Origin: a virus
Lineage: Duplodnaviria; Caudoviricetes
Virus record (IMG/VR): IMGVR_UViG_3300017707_001111
Span: 1-24,348 of that record
Strand: one strand, 5' to 3'
Length of the DNA: 24,348 nucleotides
Within the stretch, counting starts at the first letter, position 1. Every line of letters begins with the position of its first letter. A program made the position numbers and the translations under genes. This document shows positions 1-8,386 of this stretch, piece after piece. The notes beneath the pieces were generated by a model. It made no database searches and was not told the DNA's origin. It worked only from the letters and a program-made list of their open reading frames with translations.

Positions 1-128
1 AGGCGCTGCGTGCCCGTACCGATTTTTTGGCATATCACACCAAGGGTTTAGGGCAATTTGGGGCCCCGCCGGCGCGCCGAACATTTTTTGAGGCGGTTTT
101 AGGGCTGTAGTTCTTACTGTGTTGAGCA
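1..128. other. Non-coding region upstream of terS; possible cos/packaging-initiation region
   Basis: Lies directly before terS. A GC-rich core (ggggccccgccggcgcgccg) is flanked by T-tracts and a repeated tttagggc. Called from position only. Confidence 0.3.
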
Positions 129-593
129 ATGTTTATGGCACCACCCACAAAACCCACTGAATTGCGAGTGCTGGATGGCACCTTTCGCAAGGATCGGCAC
201 AAGGTTTCGCCTGCGGCCGAGGTGCTGACTGACGTTCCCGATCCCCCGACTGACTTGTCCGACTTTGGCCAGCTCGAATGGATTGAGAAGGGAGACATCC
301 TCAAGTCGCATGGGCTCTTGCAGCCCAGGTACTTGGAGTGCTTGAAGCGATTTTGCATGGCGGCTGAGCAGTACGAGATGGCGAAGCGGGTTGTCGATGG
401 TCTCGGTGACAAGCGGTTCTTCCAAACCGAGAAGGGTTTCATCGTCGCGCACCCCGCCTTGAAGGACATGAAGGACTGGGATGCGAAGTGCAAGTTGTAT
501 CTGACTGAGATGGGCATGACACCAGGCAGCTCGGGCAAGATGCCGAGCAGTGGCCCCACGAAGTCTGCGGTTAAGTCTCGGAGTCGTGCGTGA
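129..593 (+). CDS. terS: Phage terminase small subunit, P27 family
   Basis: N-terminal PxKPTELRVLDGTFRKDRH, PDPP, central HPAL and C-terminal EMGMTPGS. The stop overlaps the terL start. Confidence 0.9.
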   Translation: MFMAPPTKPTELRVLDGTFRKDRHKVSPAAEVLTDVPDPPTDLSDFGQLEWIEKGDILKSHGLLQPRYLECLKRFCMAAEQYEMAKRVVDGLGDKRFFQTEKGFIVAHPALKDMKDWDAKCKLYLTEMGMTPGSSGKMPSSGPTKSAVKSRSRA

Positions 594-2272
594 TTGACGA
601 AGTTACCAAACGCTGGATCAGGAATGCGTCCGACGAACGAGCGGCGGCGAATGGCTGTCGTTTCGACGAAGGGCGCGGGCAGGACGTCGTTGATTGGATT
701 CAAACGTACTGCCACCTGTACGAAGGCGAGTACGCCGGCCGCAAGATGGAGCTTGGTGACTGGCAGTACGAAGTCACGATGCGGCTCTTTGGGTGGGTGA
801 AGTTCTCGCCCGACTGGAAGCGTGAGGTTCGCCGGTTCCGCAAGGCTGGTATCTGGCTTCCGAAAAAAAATGCTAAAAGTCCCTCGCTGGCGGCATGGGG
901 GTTGTACCTGTTGTGTGGTGATGGCGAGCAAGGCCAGAAGGTCTACAGCGCGGCGAAGGATGGCAAGCAGGCCATGATCTCGCACACGCACGCGATGGAA
1001 ATGATTCGGATGTCCCCCGAGCTTTCCTCGGAGTGCAGCGTCAATAAGTCCACGGGACAGATCACGCACTTGCCCACCAGGTCGTTCTACAAGGTCGTGG
1101 CTGGCGACAACGTGAACAGCCAGGAAGGCTTGAATGGGTCTGTGATGATCGACGAAACGCACGTCGTCGATAGGCGGCTGGCGGGTGTTCTGAAGGGTGC
1201 TGGCATCTCGCGCTCGGAGCCCTTCCAGATCGAGGTGTCAACGGCTGGTAGCAACCCGGATGGATACGGGAAAGAGCAGCGGGACTATGGGGCGTCCGTT
1301 GCTAAGGGCGAGATTGAGGACGAGCAGTTCCTCTTTCAAGAGTACGCCGCGCCGCAAGAGGTGACGGACGAGGAACTGGAGAAGAACATCCTGGAACTCG
1401 GCAAGTCTGCCAACCCAAGCTGGGGCCGCATCATCCGCGAGGGCGAGTTCCTGGCCGACTACCACAGCTCGAAGCACTCAATTGACAAACTATCCACCTT
1501 CAAGATGTATCGTCTGAACGTCTGGCAGCGGGCGTCGAATCCCTGGCTGAAGGGTGGCGACTGGGACAAGTGCCGCAAGACCTACACCGAACAAGACCTC
1601 GATGGCGAAGCGTGCATTGCTGGCCTGGACCTTTCCAAAACGCGGGATATGTCGGCGCTGGTGCTGGTGTTCCCTGACGCGGAAGAGGATGAGGCAATTC
1701 GCATCCTGGCCCACTTCTGGCTTCCCGAGAAATACGCCCACGAGAACAAGCACCTAGCCCCATTCCGCGAGTGGGAGAAGGCTGGAGTCCTGACGCTAAC
1801 TCAAGGGGCAGTGATCGACTACGGGGCGATTCGCGCCAAGTTCCACGAATGGGCCGACAAGTTCCGTATCTCGAAGCTGGTCTATGACCATCGTTTCGCA
1901 GAAGAAACAACCCAGGCGTTGAGCGATGGCCTGTACGGATCGAGCGGTGTCTTGCTTGAAGAGGGTACTGGCATCGAGCGGGTAGCCTTCCTGCAAACGG
2001 TGGATAACTACACGCCCATCATCGAAGAGTTCGAGCGGCTGGTGATCGCGGGCAAGGCCCACCACAACGGCAACCCGGTGTTGACCTGGCAGGCTGGACA
2101 CGTCTGCAAGAAGACGACCGGCATGACCTCGAAGGGCTCGATTCTTGTTAAGCCGCAGAACGGCGACATTAAGAAGATCGACGGAATGGTGGCAACGCTC
2201 ATGGCTTTGAGCATGCTGCACGACATTAGCGCTAAGAGCGTCTACGACCACAAAGGGAACTTCGCACTGTGA
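590..2272 (+). CDS. terL: Phage terminase large subunit (Terminase_1 type)
   Basis: Adenine-binding LGDWQ, Walker A-like PKKNAKS, Walker B VMIDETH, coupling motif STAG, nuclease GLDLSKTRDMSA and C-terminal KIDGMVA. Confidence 0.97.
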   Translation: MIDEVTKRWIRNASDERAAANGCRFDEGRGQDVVDWIQTYCHLYEGEYAGRKMELGDWQYEVTMRLFGWVKFSPDWKREVRRFRKAGIWLPKKNAKSPSLAAWGLYLLCGDGEQGQKVYSAAKDGKQAMISHTHAMEMIRMSPELSSECSVNKSTGQITHLPTRSFYKVVAGDNVNSQEGLNGSVMIDETHVVDRRLAGVLKGAGISRSEPFQIEVSTAGSNPDGYGKEQRDYGASVAKGEIEDEQFLFQEYAAPQEVTDEELEKNILELGKSANPSWGRIIREGEFLADYHSSKHSIDKLSTFKMYRLNVWQRASNPWLKGGDWDKCRKTYTEQDLDGEACIAGLDLSKTRDMSALVLVFPDAEEDEAIRILAHFWLPEKYAHENKHLAPFREWEKAGVLTLTQGAVIDYGAIRAKFHEWADKFRISKLVYDHRFAEETTQALSDGLYGSSGVLLEEGTGIERVAFLQTVDNYTPIIEEFERLVIAGKAHHNGNPVLTWQAGHVCKKTTGMTSKGSILVKPQNGDIKKIDGMVATLMALSMLHDISAKSVYDHKGNFAL

Positions 2273-2418
2273 TTCGCTCGATACTCATGGATGGGTTGAT
2301 TCTTGGCGGAGCAACGGCGATGGCCTACTCGGTCTGGGAGCGTCCAGATCCTACGTCGGTCCTTGTGGTGGGTGCGGTCTCGTTTGTTCTTGGGATTCTT
2401 GGAGGGCGGCATAGATGA
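2269..2418 (+). CDS. Small two-helix membrane protein (49 aa), not in the ORF track
   Basis: The GTG start overlaps the terL TGA and the stop overlaps the portal ATG. Translation MIRSILMDGLILGGATAMAYSVWERPDPTSVLVVGAVSFVLGILGGRHR has two hydrophobic segments. Such genes are common between terL and portal. Confidence 0.75.
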   Translation: MIRSILMDGLILGGATAMAYSVWERPDPTSVLVVGAVSFVLGILGGRHR

Positions 2419-4697
2419 GCAACATCGTGAAATGGACTTCGCGAGCGTTGGATTGGATGAGCCGCCCGAGTGCTGCGACGGTGCAGACGTTGGGACATCC
2501 AGCGGCCGGTGTGCTTGGCTGGATTGGCGGAAATGCCAGTGCCTCAGGGATCGCGGTCACGGAAGAGAACGCTTACGACTACTCGCCTGTCTTCGCCTGC
2601 ACGCGAATCCTCGCCACCAGCGGCGGCGACCTTCCGTGCCGGTTGATGCTTGGTGATCAGAATCGCAAGGTCGGTTCTGGCGGCAAGAAGGTGGCGAGCC
2701 AGCATCCCGTCCATTGGCTTATCCATCAGGCCCCTAACAGCCTCATGTCTTGCTCAGCGTTCTTCCGACAGGGAATTGTACAGCAGGTAAACTCTGGCAA
2801 TTCGTTCTCGGAGATCGAACGAGATGGCTCCGGCCGTCCTATTGCGCTCTGGCCGATTCACTCGTCCAGGGTTCAAGTGAAAAGGTCTGGCAATGAATTG
2901 ACGTATCTAGTCCATCTCGACGGTGGACGTGCTGTGTTGCTGGCGAAGGAAGATGTCTTGCATGTCGCATGCGCTCCGTCTCTTGACGGCATCTCCGGCA
3001 TGGGCATCATCGCCCACGCTCGGGAGACAATCGGCGCTGGCATGCAGGCGGAGCGACACGCGGGCTACACGTTTGCCAATGGTGCCGTCCCCCGCACTGT
3101 GTTGAGCCACCCGCGCAACATGAGCAAGGACGCTCGCGCCAATTTGCGGGAAGAGTGGCAGCAGCTCTACGGCGGGACAAACAACGCTGGCAAGACGGCC
3201 GTCCTTTGGGAAGGCATGACGCTTACTGCGCTCTCTGTGAACAACGCAGACGCGCAGTTCCTTGAGACTCGCAAATTTAACGCGACGGAGGTTGCACGCT
3301 GGTACGGCGTTCCTCCCCACATGATCGGAGATTTGGAGCGGGCGACGTTCTCGAACATTGAGCACCAAGGTCGGAGTTTTGTGCAGACCACGCTGAGGCC
3401 GCTTATCAACCCGTGGCAGGACGAACTGGACAGGAAGCTGTTGACGGAGGACGAGCGTAGGCAAGGCTACTACGTTTATTTTGATTATGACGAATGGCAG
3501 CGAGGTGACATGCAATCTCGCGCCATGTCAAACCAAATCAACTTCATGAATGGCTTCATCAATCAGGATGAAGTGCGTGCCAGCGAAGACAGAGACCCGT
3601 TGCCAAACGGACTTGGCCAGAAGTTCTATGCACCTGCCAACCTCGTTGAAGTAGGTAAAGAGCCCGAGCCGGAGCCTGTCGTCGATGACGCTGAAGACCC
3701 CGAGATGCCTCTAAGCGAAGGGGCGGCTAAGCCGGTAGAAGGCAGAGCGAAGGCGTACTCGGATGACCAGCCGCGAGACGAGGGCGGACGGTTTGGCGAG
3801 GGCGGTGGCGGCGGTGGTGATTCTGAAGACGGCAACTCAGATGAATCGACTGATAAGAAAAGCGATTCAGAGGTCCGCGAGTCTCGCAAGCAGGAAGATA
3901 AGGCGATTCGTCAAAGGCAATCCACTGAGAAGAAGGAAGTCAAACGCCAGGGGCGAGAATATGACAAGGCGTATAAGAAGGAATACTCCCGAACTGAGCG
4001 AGAGGCCGACCGTCACTACGAACAGGGCATCAAGGACTTCGTTCGAGAGAACGGACGAGAGCCTGATGAGGCCGAAGATAAGGCAATCAACGAGGCTGTG
4101 AATCAGAAGATGGGAGGAGAGCCTGAGGACGTGGCGCACGAAAGGGCAGAGAAGGCCGGCGCGGCCGCCAGTGGCCTAACGCTCTCTCAAGAGCAAAACG
4201 ATTCCGGGATGACTCCGCCCGAGTACGCGATGGAGAAGCTCGAAGAGCGGCACTCGGAAGAGCGAAGGCAGATTGAAGATAAGCGGGCTGAGGAAGATGC
4301 CAGTAGAAAGCGGGAGCGAAAGTCTTCTGGGGCCAAGGCATCTAGTGCCGCGCAATCCTGTTTCTCCGACGCCTTCTCCCGCATGGTCCGCGTCGAACAG
4401 AACGCTGCGCGATCAGCCGCTAAGAAATCCGGCAAGTGGTTCCCCTGGCTGGACGAGTTCTACGGCCGACATGAGCAGGCGATGGTCGCGGCGCTCGAGC
4501 ACCCCGGCAATGTGCTGATTGCTCTTGGCCAGCCCTGTGACGTACCGGCTATCTGCAAGGCCCACTGCAAAGAGTCCTACGATCTACTTCTGGCGGCATC
4601 GGATGCCAAGCCAGACAAGTTTGAAGCGGCAGTCGACGCGCTCGTAGCCGGTTGGGCAGAGCGGGCAAATATCCACAAGGAGGTGGCTCATGTCTAA
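2415..4697 (+). CDS. HK97-family portal protein with a long charged insertion and a C-terminal helical domain
   Basis: The first ~415 aa carry portal motifs (VFACTRIL, GNSFSEIERD, DAQFLETRKF, VARWYGVPPHMIG, TFSNIEHQ, NQDEVRASED). About 345 extra aa follow. Confidence 0.95.
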   Translation: MSNIVKWTSRALDWMSRPSAATVQTLGHPAAGVLGWIGGNASASGIAVTEENAYDYSPVFACTRILATSGGDLPCRLMLGDQNRKVGSGGKKVASQHPVHWLIHQAPNSLMSCSAFFRQGIVQQVNSGNSFSEIERDGSGRPIALWPIHSSRVQVKRSGNELTYLVHLDGGRAVLLAKEDVLHVACAPSLDGISGMGIIAHARETIGAGMQAERHAGYTFANGAVPRTVLSHPRNMSKDARANLREEWQQLYGGTNNAGKTAVLWEGMTLTALSVNNADAQFLETRKFNATEVARWYGVPPHMIGDLERATFSNIEHQGRSFVQTTLRPLINPWQDELDRKLLTEDERRQGYYVYFDYDEWQRGDMQSRAMSNQINFMNGFINQDEVRASEDRDPLPNGLGQKFYAPANLVEVGKEPEPEPVVDDAEDPEMPLSEGAAKPVEGRAKAYSDDQPRDEGGRFGEGGGGGGDSEDGNSDESTDKKSDSEVRESRKQEDKAIRQRQSTEKKEVKRQGREYDKAYKKEYSRTEREADRHYEQGIKDFVRENGREPDEAEDKAINEAVNQKMGGEPEDVAHERAEKAGAAASGLTLSQEQNDSGMTPPEYAMEKLEERHSEERRQIEDKRAEEDASRKRERKSSGAKASSAAQSCFSDAFSRMVRVEQNAARSAAKKSGKWFPWLDEFYGRHEQAMVAALEHPGNVLIALGQPCDVPAICKAHCKESYDLLLAASDAKPDKFEAAVDALVAGWAERANIHKEVAHV

Positions 4698-5733
4698 CCG
4701 TGCTTATGCGTCTCTGTTCGGGATGTCGAATTTCTGGGCGATGCAGCGGGAGGCGTTGCCGATCCTGGCTGACCGTGCTGAACGGTTCATGGCGGGCTTT
4801 TCGTTCGACCCACCGGAAGCTCCCAAGGTTTCCAACGGCGTGGCGATCATGCCGCTGATTGGCGCGATGACCCCGCGTGGGGACATGGGCACTGTGAGCA
4901 CCATGAGATTCGACGCCTACTTTAGGGAAGCCGTCAAGAATCCTGGGATCAAGGGCATCATGCTCGATGTCGATTCCCCTGGCGGAGCGGTGTACTACAC
5001 GCCGCAGTTGGCCAAGCGGATCTACGACGCTCGCAGCCAAAAGCCCATCATCGCGTTCGGCAACGGCTCGGTGGGGTCTGCGGCCTACTGGGTCGCGTCT
5101 GCCGCTTCCAAGTTCATCTTGGCTCCCGGTGCTGAGGCTGGCTCGGTCGGCGTGTGGATGGCCCACCAGGATATGTCGAAGGCCCTGGAGTTGCAGGGTG
5201 TCCAGGTGTCCATCATCTCTTACGGCGAGAACAAACTGGAGGGCTCGGAACTTGGACCACTATCAGAGGAAACCAGACTGCACATGCAGAGCCGAGTCGA
5301 CGCGATGGGTGCCGAGTTCGAATCGGACGTGGCCCGGAACCGGGGGGTCAACGTCTCGACCGTGCGGAAAGAGTTCGGCCAGGGTCGCATGTTCGGCGAC
5401 AAGGATGCGTTGTCGCGGGGGATGATCGACGGGATTGGCAACGCGGAGAAGGTGTTGAAGGAACTCATGGGCGGCACGCCGGTTAGCTACACGCGGCGAG
5501 CGGCGGCTGACGCGGATGTGCAAGCCGAGTGGCACGCTGCGGCGGAGAGTTTGTTCGTCGCTGAGATGGAAGAGCGGAAGGAATACTACGCCGGCCAAAA
5601 GGACGGCTGGCTGCACTTCACGACCGATCCCGAGAAAGCAGCCGGCGGAGATCCGGATTTGCTCAGAAGGAAGCTATCCATGAAGGAGAAAGGGGGCGCG
5701 ACTGGCGTTTCAGTTCGCCCCTTTCGCGTATAG
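4690..5733 (+). CDS. Prohead maturation protease, S49 (SppA/ClpP-like, lambda gpC type)
   Basis: Motifs LDVDSPGG, GSAAYWVASAA and AGSVGV; lies directly after the portal. Confidence 0.93.
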   Translation: MSNRAYASLFGMSNFWAMQREALPILADRAERFMAGFSFDPPEAPKVSNGVAIMPLIGAMTPRGDMGTVSTMRFDAYFREAVKNPGIKGIMLDVDSPGGAVYYTPQLAKRIYDARSQKPIIAFGNGSVGSAAYWVASAASKFILAPGAEAGSVGVWMAHQDMSKALELQGVQVSIISYGENKLEGSELGPLSEETRLHMQSRVDAMGAEFESDVARNRGVNVSTVRKEFGQGRMFGDKDALSRGMIDGIGNAEKVLKELMGGTPVSYTRRAAADADVQAEWHAAAESLFVAEMEERKEYYAGQKDGWLHFTTDPEKAAGGDPDLLRRKLSMKEKGGATGVSVRPFRV

Positions 5734-6370
5734 CGAAGACCAGGAAAGAGATGAGAGCGGGCGCTTTGGCAGCGGTGGCGGCGGGGGGCCACAGGAAACA
5801 TCTGCCGACTTGGAAAAGCGACAGGCTGCGGAAGAGAAGGATATTGGTAAGCGGCACGAAAAAGAGGTGAAGGCACTAGAGAAGCAGCACGAAAAGGAAG
5901 TGACCGCTACCGAAAAGGATCTCGACAAGAAGTTCGCGGCCGAGCAAAAGGAGCTCGACAAGAGGCATGCAAAAGAGCAAGCGAAACTAGAAAGTGATCC
6001 TCAGTTCCATGATATCAGCCGGCCAGATGGCGAGGTGGATGGTTCTCCAGAGCAGCAGGCAAGGTATGAGGAGAACGGCAGGCGAGAGGCGGCTTTCGAG
6101 GCGGCCCACGGAGAGACGAGTGATCGGCATATTTCAGAGCAACAGGAACTTGAGAAGCGGCAGGATGCCGACCGCGACGCAATCCTGGACGCTTTGGATG
6201 ATCGACAGCGAGAGGAGAAGCAAAGGCTTTACGATAGGCAAGGTGCTGAACTTGACAAGATGAATGAGCGGCATGCGACCGAAATTGATGCCACTCACAA
6301 TGACAGTTCATCAAATGCTGGCGACCCCGACCTGCTTCGTCGCAAACTGGCCCTGAAGGAACGCGAATGA
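5702..6370 (+). CDS. Highly charged coiled-coil protein with an N-terminal YSEDQERDESGRFG tag; start uncertain (CTG 5702, +1 frameshift from the protease, or TTG 5810)
   Basis: The frame is open from 5684. Upstream of the listed 5810 start it encodes AYSEDQERDESGRFGSGGGGG, which matches a portal motif. It has ~11-residue repeats (KDIGKRHEKE, KALEKQHEKE, KELDKRHAKE). The stop overlaps the neuB ATG. Confidence 0.75.
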   Translation: MAFQFAPFAYSEDQERDESGRFGSGGGGGPQETSADLEKRQAAEEKDIGKRHEKEVKALEKQHEKEVTATEKDLDKKFAAEQKELDKRHAKEQAKLESDPQFHDISRPDGEVDGSPEQQARYEENGRREAAFEAAHGETSDRHISEQQELEKRQDADRDAILDALDDRQREEKQRLYDRQGAELDKMNERHATEIDATHNDSSSNAGDPDLLRRKLALKERE

Positions 6371-7203
6371 AGATCATCGCCGAGATTGCCAACGCGCACG
6401 ACGGCAGCTTAGGAACCGCTCACGCCTTCATCGACGCGGCGATTGCTGCTGCCGCTGATGGCGTGAAGTTCCAATGTCACTACGGCGATCCGGTCTCCGA
6501 GTTTCGGCCAGGCACCTACTTCCCACAGGATGCTTCGCGCCGCGACTACTGGAGCCGGATCGCCTTTACCCCGAAGCAGTGGCGGGAACTACGCGAGCAT
6601 GCCAATCAGGTCGGCCTAGAGTTTGGCGTTTCGTGCTTCTCGATGGATGCGTTCGACCAGATGAACCGGGTGGGCGTTGACTTCTGGAAAATTGGCGCGG
6701 CCCAAACATCGGACCATCAGCTCATCAGGGCAATGGCCAAGACCAGGAAGCCGCTCATCATCTCGTCCGGCATGAGCGGATGGGCCGAGTTAGACGCCGC
6801 TGTCGAGGCCGCAGCCCTTGAACTGGCGGGGCCGCTCACCATCTTGCAATGCTCCAGCAGCTACCCCACGGAGCCGGAGAACATCGGGCTCAACGTGATG
6901 GCTCAGATTCGCCAGAGATACGAATGCCAAGTCGGGTTGTCGGATCATAGCGGCATGATTTGGCCGGGCATCTTGGCGGCTTACCAGGGGGCGAACCTCT
7001 TGGAGGTTCACCTCTGCCTGTCAAAGTTTGCCTTTGGGCCGGATGTGCCAGCGAGCTTGACCCCGGAGGATCTTGCGGAACTGGTCGAGGCTTCGCGTTG
7101 GGTGTCTCGCATGAAGCCGCTCGACAAGAACGAATACGCTAGGCGATCAGAGATTGAGGCTATGCGGACTTTGTTCCGCCGCGAGGCTTCCGCTTCTCTC
7201 TGA
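6367..7203 (+). CDS. neuB: N-acetylneuraminate/nonulosonate synthase, lacking the C-terminal SAF/antifreeze-like domain
   Basis: Motifs IIAEIANAHDGS, ADGVKFQ, KPLIISSGMS, LQCSSSYPT, VGLSDHSG and LEVH; only 278 aa. Confidence 0.92.
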   Translation: MKIIAEIANAHDGSLGTAHAFIDAAIAAAADGVKFQCHYGDPVSEFRPGTYFPQDASRRDYWSRIAFTPKQWRELREHANQVGLEFGVSCFSMDAFDQMNRVGVDFWKIGAAQTSDHQLIRAMAKTRKPLIISSGMSGWAELDAAVEAAALELAGPLTILQCSSSYPTEPENIGLNVMAQIRQRYECQVGLSDHSGMIWPGILAAYQGANLLEVHLCLSKFAFGPDVPASLTPEDLAELVEASRWVSRMKPLDKNEYARRSEIEAMRTLFRREASASL

Positions 7204-7381
7204 CTTCCAAACTGAGGTGTTCTGCCAGGGCGTCGAGGTGATTGCCTCGCAGATTGTCCCCGTCGAGGAACCGCTTCAGGGTGTCCCACTTCATATCGCA
7301 CGCTTTCGCGATTGAATACAGGGACACGCCAGCCTTGTGAACCGCTCGCAGCTTCTCTCGAATTGTCTCGTTCACTGTCAT
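7160..7381 (-). CDS. Small Cro/XRE-like helix-turn-helix protein
   Basis: SLYSIAKACDMKWDTLKRFLDG fits an HTH pattern. A GAGG RBS precedes it (the GTG at 7375 may be the true start). It is divergent from the RAMP cassette. Confidence 0.75.
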   Translation of the reverse strand: MTVNETIREKLRAVHKAGVSLYSIAKACDMKWDTLKRFLDGDNLRGNHLDALAEHLSLEVREKRKPRGGTKSA

Positions 7382-7401
7382 TCCTCAAAGATTACGTGCC
7401 C

Positions 7402-7430
7402 CCAGATCGTTGGCTATACCAAGAATCTGG
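7402..7430. promoter_or_regulatory. Imperfect palindrome, putative operator
   Basis: CCAGAT-CG-TTGG-ctata-CCAA-GA-ATCTGG in the divergent intergenic region. Confidence 0.5.
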
Positions 7431-7441
7431 ATATTACCCAC

Positions 7442-7470
7442 TTGCAGGATACCACGTTCATGGGTAATGT
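7442..7470 (+). promoter_or_regulatory. Putative sigma70 promoter for array 1 and the RAMP gene
   Basis: TTGCAG-N17-TAATGT, predicted start ~7477. It is bracketed by the inverted repeat ATTACCCA (7433-7440) / TGGGTAAT (7461-7468). Confidence 0.5.
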
Positions 7471-7501
7471 ACAAACGTAAGGCACGGATTGTGTGAGTCT
7501 A

Positions 7502-7601
7502 GGCCCGGCTGGGTCCGGTCTGGTGAGGCAAGGCATGGTGGGGTTTGTCCCGGCCAGGAATGGCTAGGCTGGGCGTGCTTCGGTCTGGCGTGGTGAGGTT
7601 T
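7502..7601 (+). repeat. GGY-NN pentamer array 1 (20 phased units; putative guide RNA)
   Basis: GGCCC GGCTG GGTCC GGTCT GGTGA GGCAA GGCAT GGTGG GGTTT GTCCC GGCCA GGAAT GGCTA GGCTG GGCGT GCTTC GGTCT GGCGT GGTGA GGTTT. 17 of 20 units begin with GGY. Confidence 0.92.
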
Positions 7602-7626
7602 CCTTTTCTTCCCAAAGGAGTCTGAA

Positions 7627-8262
7627 GTGATTACTGCAAAGAGCAATGGACGGCTGGCTGGTGCGATTGGTGGCGAAGCCCCGACGAACGGCGGCCAGCG
7701 AGCGATTGAGCAGGGGATGCCTTGGACTGCAATCGTGACGCTTCGCGGCGTTGCGGACATGCTGTTCCATCGCTGGAACGTCGAGGCTGTGGCAGGCAAG
7801 GCCGCAGCGGCGAAGGGCTCAAAGGAGAAGAAAACCGACAACGTGGAGAGTTACGTCTATCGAGATGGCGACGGGGTTCTTTGCCTGCCGGGCGAGTACG
7901 TGCGTCAGGCTGTGATTCACGCCGCGAAGTTCAAGCAAGATCCTAGGTCGCCGCGTAAGTCCGCGATGGACCTGTACAAGGCTGGCGTTCTGTCACTGAC
8001 AACGCTCGCGCCGCTCGGCAAGACCGAGTGGGACTATGAACATGCCTGCCGCGTCCAGGTCCAACGGGCTGGCATCACTCGCATTCGCCCCGCAATCCGC
8101 GAGGGCTGGAAGGCAGAGTTTCACTTGCTGGTGAACCTGCCCGAGTACATCTCTCGCGACACACTCCAAGAGGTGTTAACGAATGCCGGACGCCTGATTG
8201 GCGTGGGCGACTTCCGGCCGACCTACGGGCGATTCGTCATCGAGCAGTTTGAAGTGATGTAG
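7627..8262 (+). CDS. Stand-alone Cas7/RAMP-superfamily-like protein (Vipr-like candidate)
   Basis: AAAGGAG RBS. N-terminal strand VTLRG, RAMP-like LCLPGEYVRQAVIHAA (compare IPGSxxKGxxR), internal RIRP, and C-terminal glycine-rich loop AGRLIGVGDFRPTYGRF. Confidence 0.78.
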   Translation: MITAKSNGRLAGAIGGEAPTNGGQRAIEQGMPWTAIVTLRGVADMLFHRWNVEAVAGKAAAAKGSKEKKTDNVESYVYRDGDGVLCLPGEYVRQAVIHAAKFKQDPRSPRKSAMDLYKAGVLSLTTLAPLGKTEWDYEHACRVQVQRAGITRIRPAIREGWKAEFHLLVNLPEYISRDTLQEVLTNAGRLIGVGDFRPTYGRFVIEQFEVM

Positions 8263-8268
8263 TAGCAC

Positions 8269-8368
8269 GGTCCGGCGAGGCGGGGAACGGCGGGCAAAGG
8301 CAGGGCGAGGTCTGGCAGGGCATGGATGGGCGGGGCGAGGTGTGGCGTGGTGCGATATGGTGTGGACT
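8269..8368 (+). repeat. GGY-NN pentamer array 2 (20 phased units; putative guide RNA)
   Basis: GGTCC GGCGA GGCGG GGAAC GGCGG GCAAA GGCAG GGCGA GGTCT GGCAG GGCAT GGATG GGCGG GGCGA GGTGT GGCGT GGTGC GATAT GGTGT GGACT. 15 of 20 begin with GGY and 18 of 20 with GG. Confidence 0.92.
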
Positions 8369-8386
8369 TTAAAACAATCGCTGACA

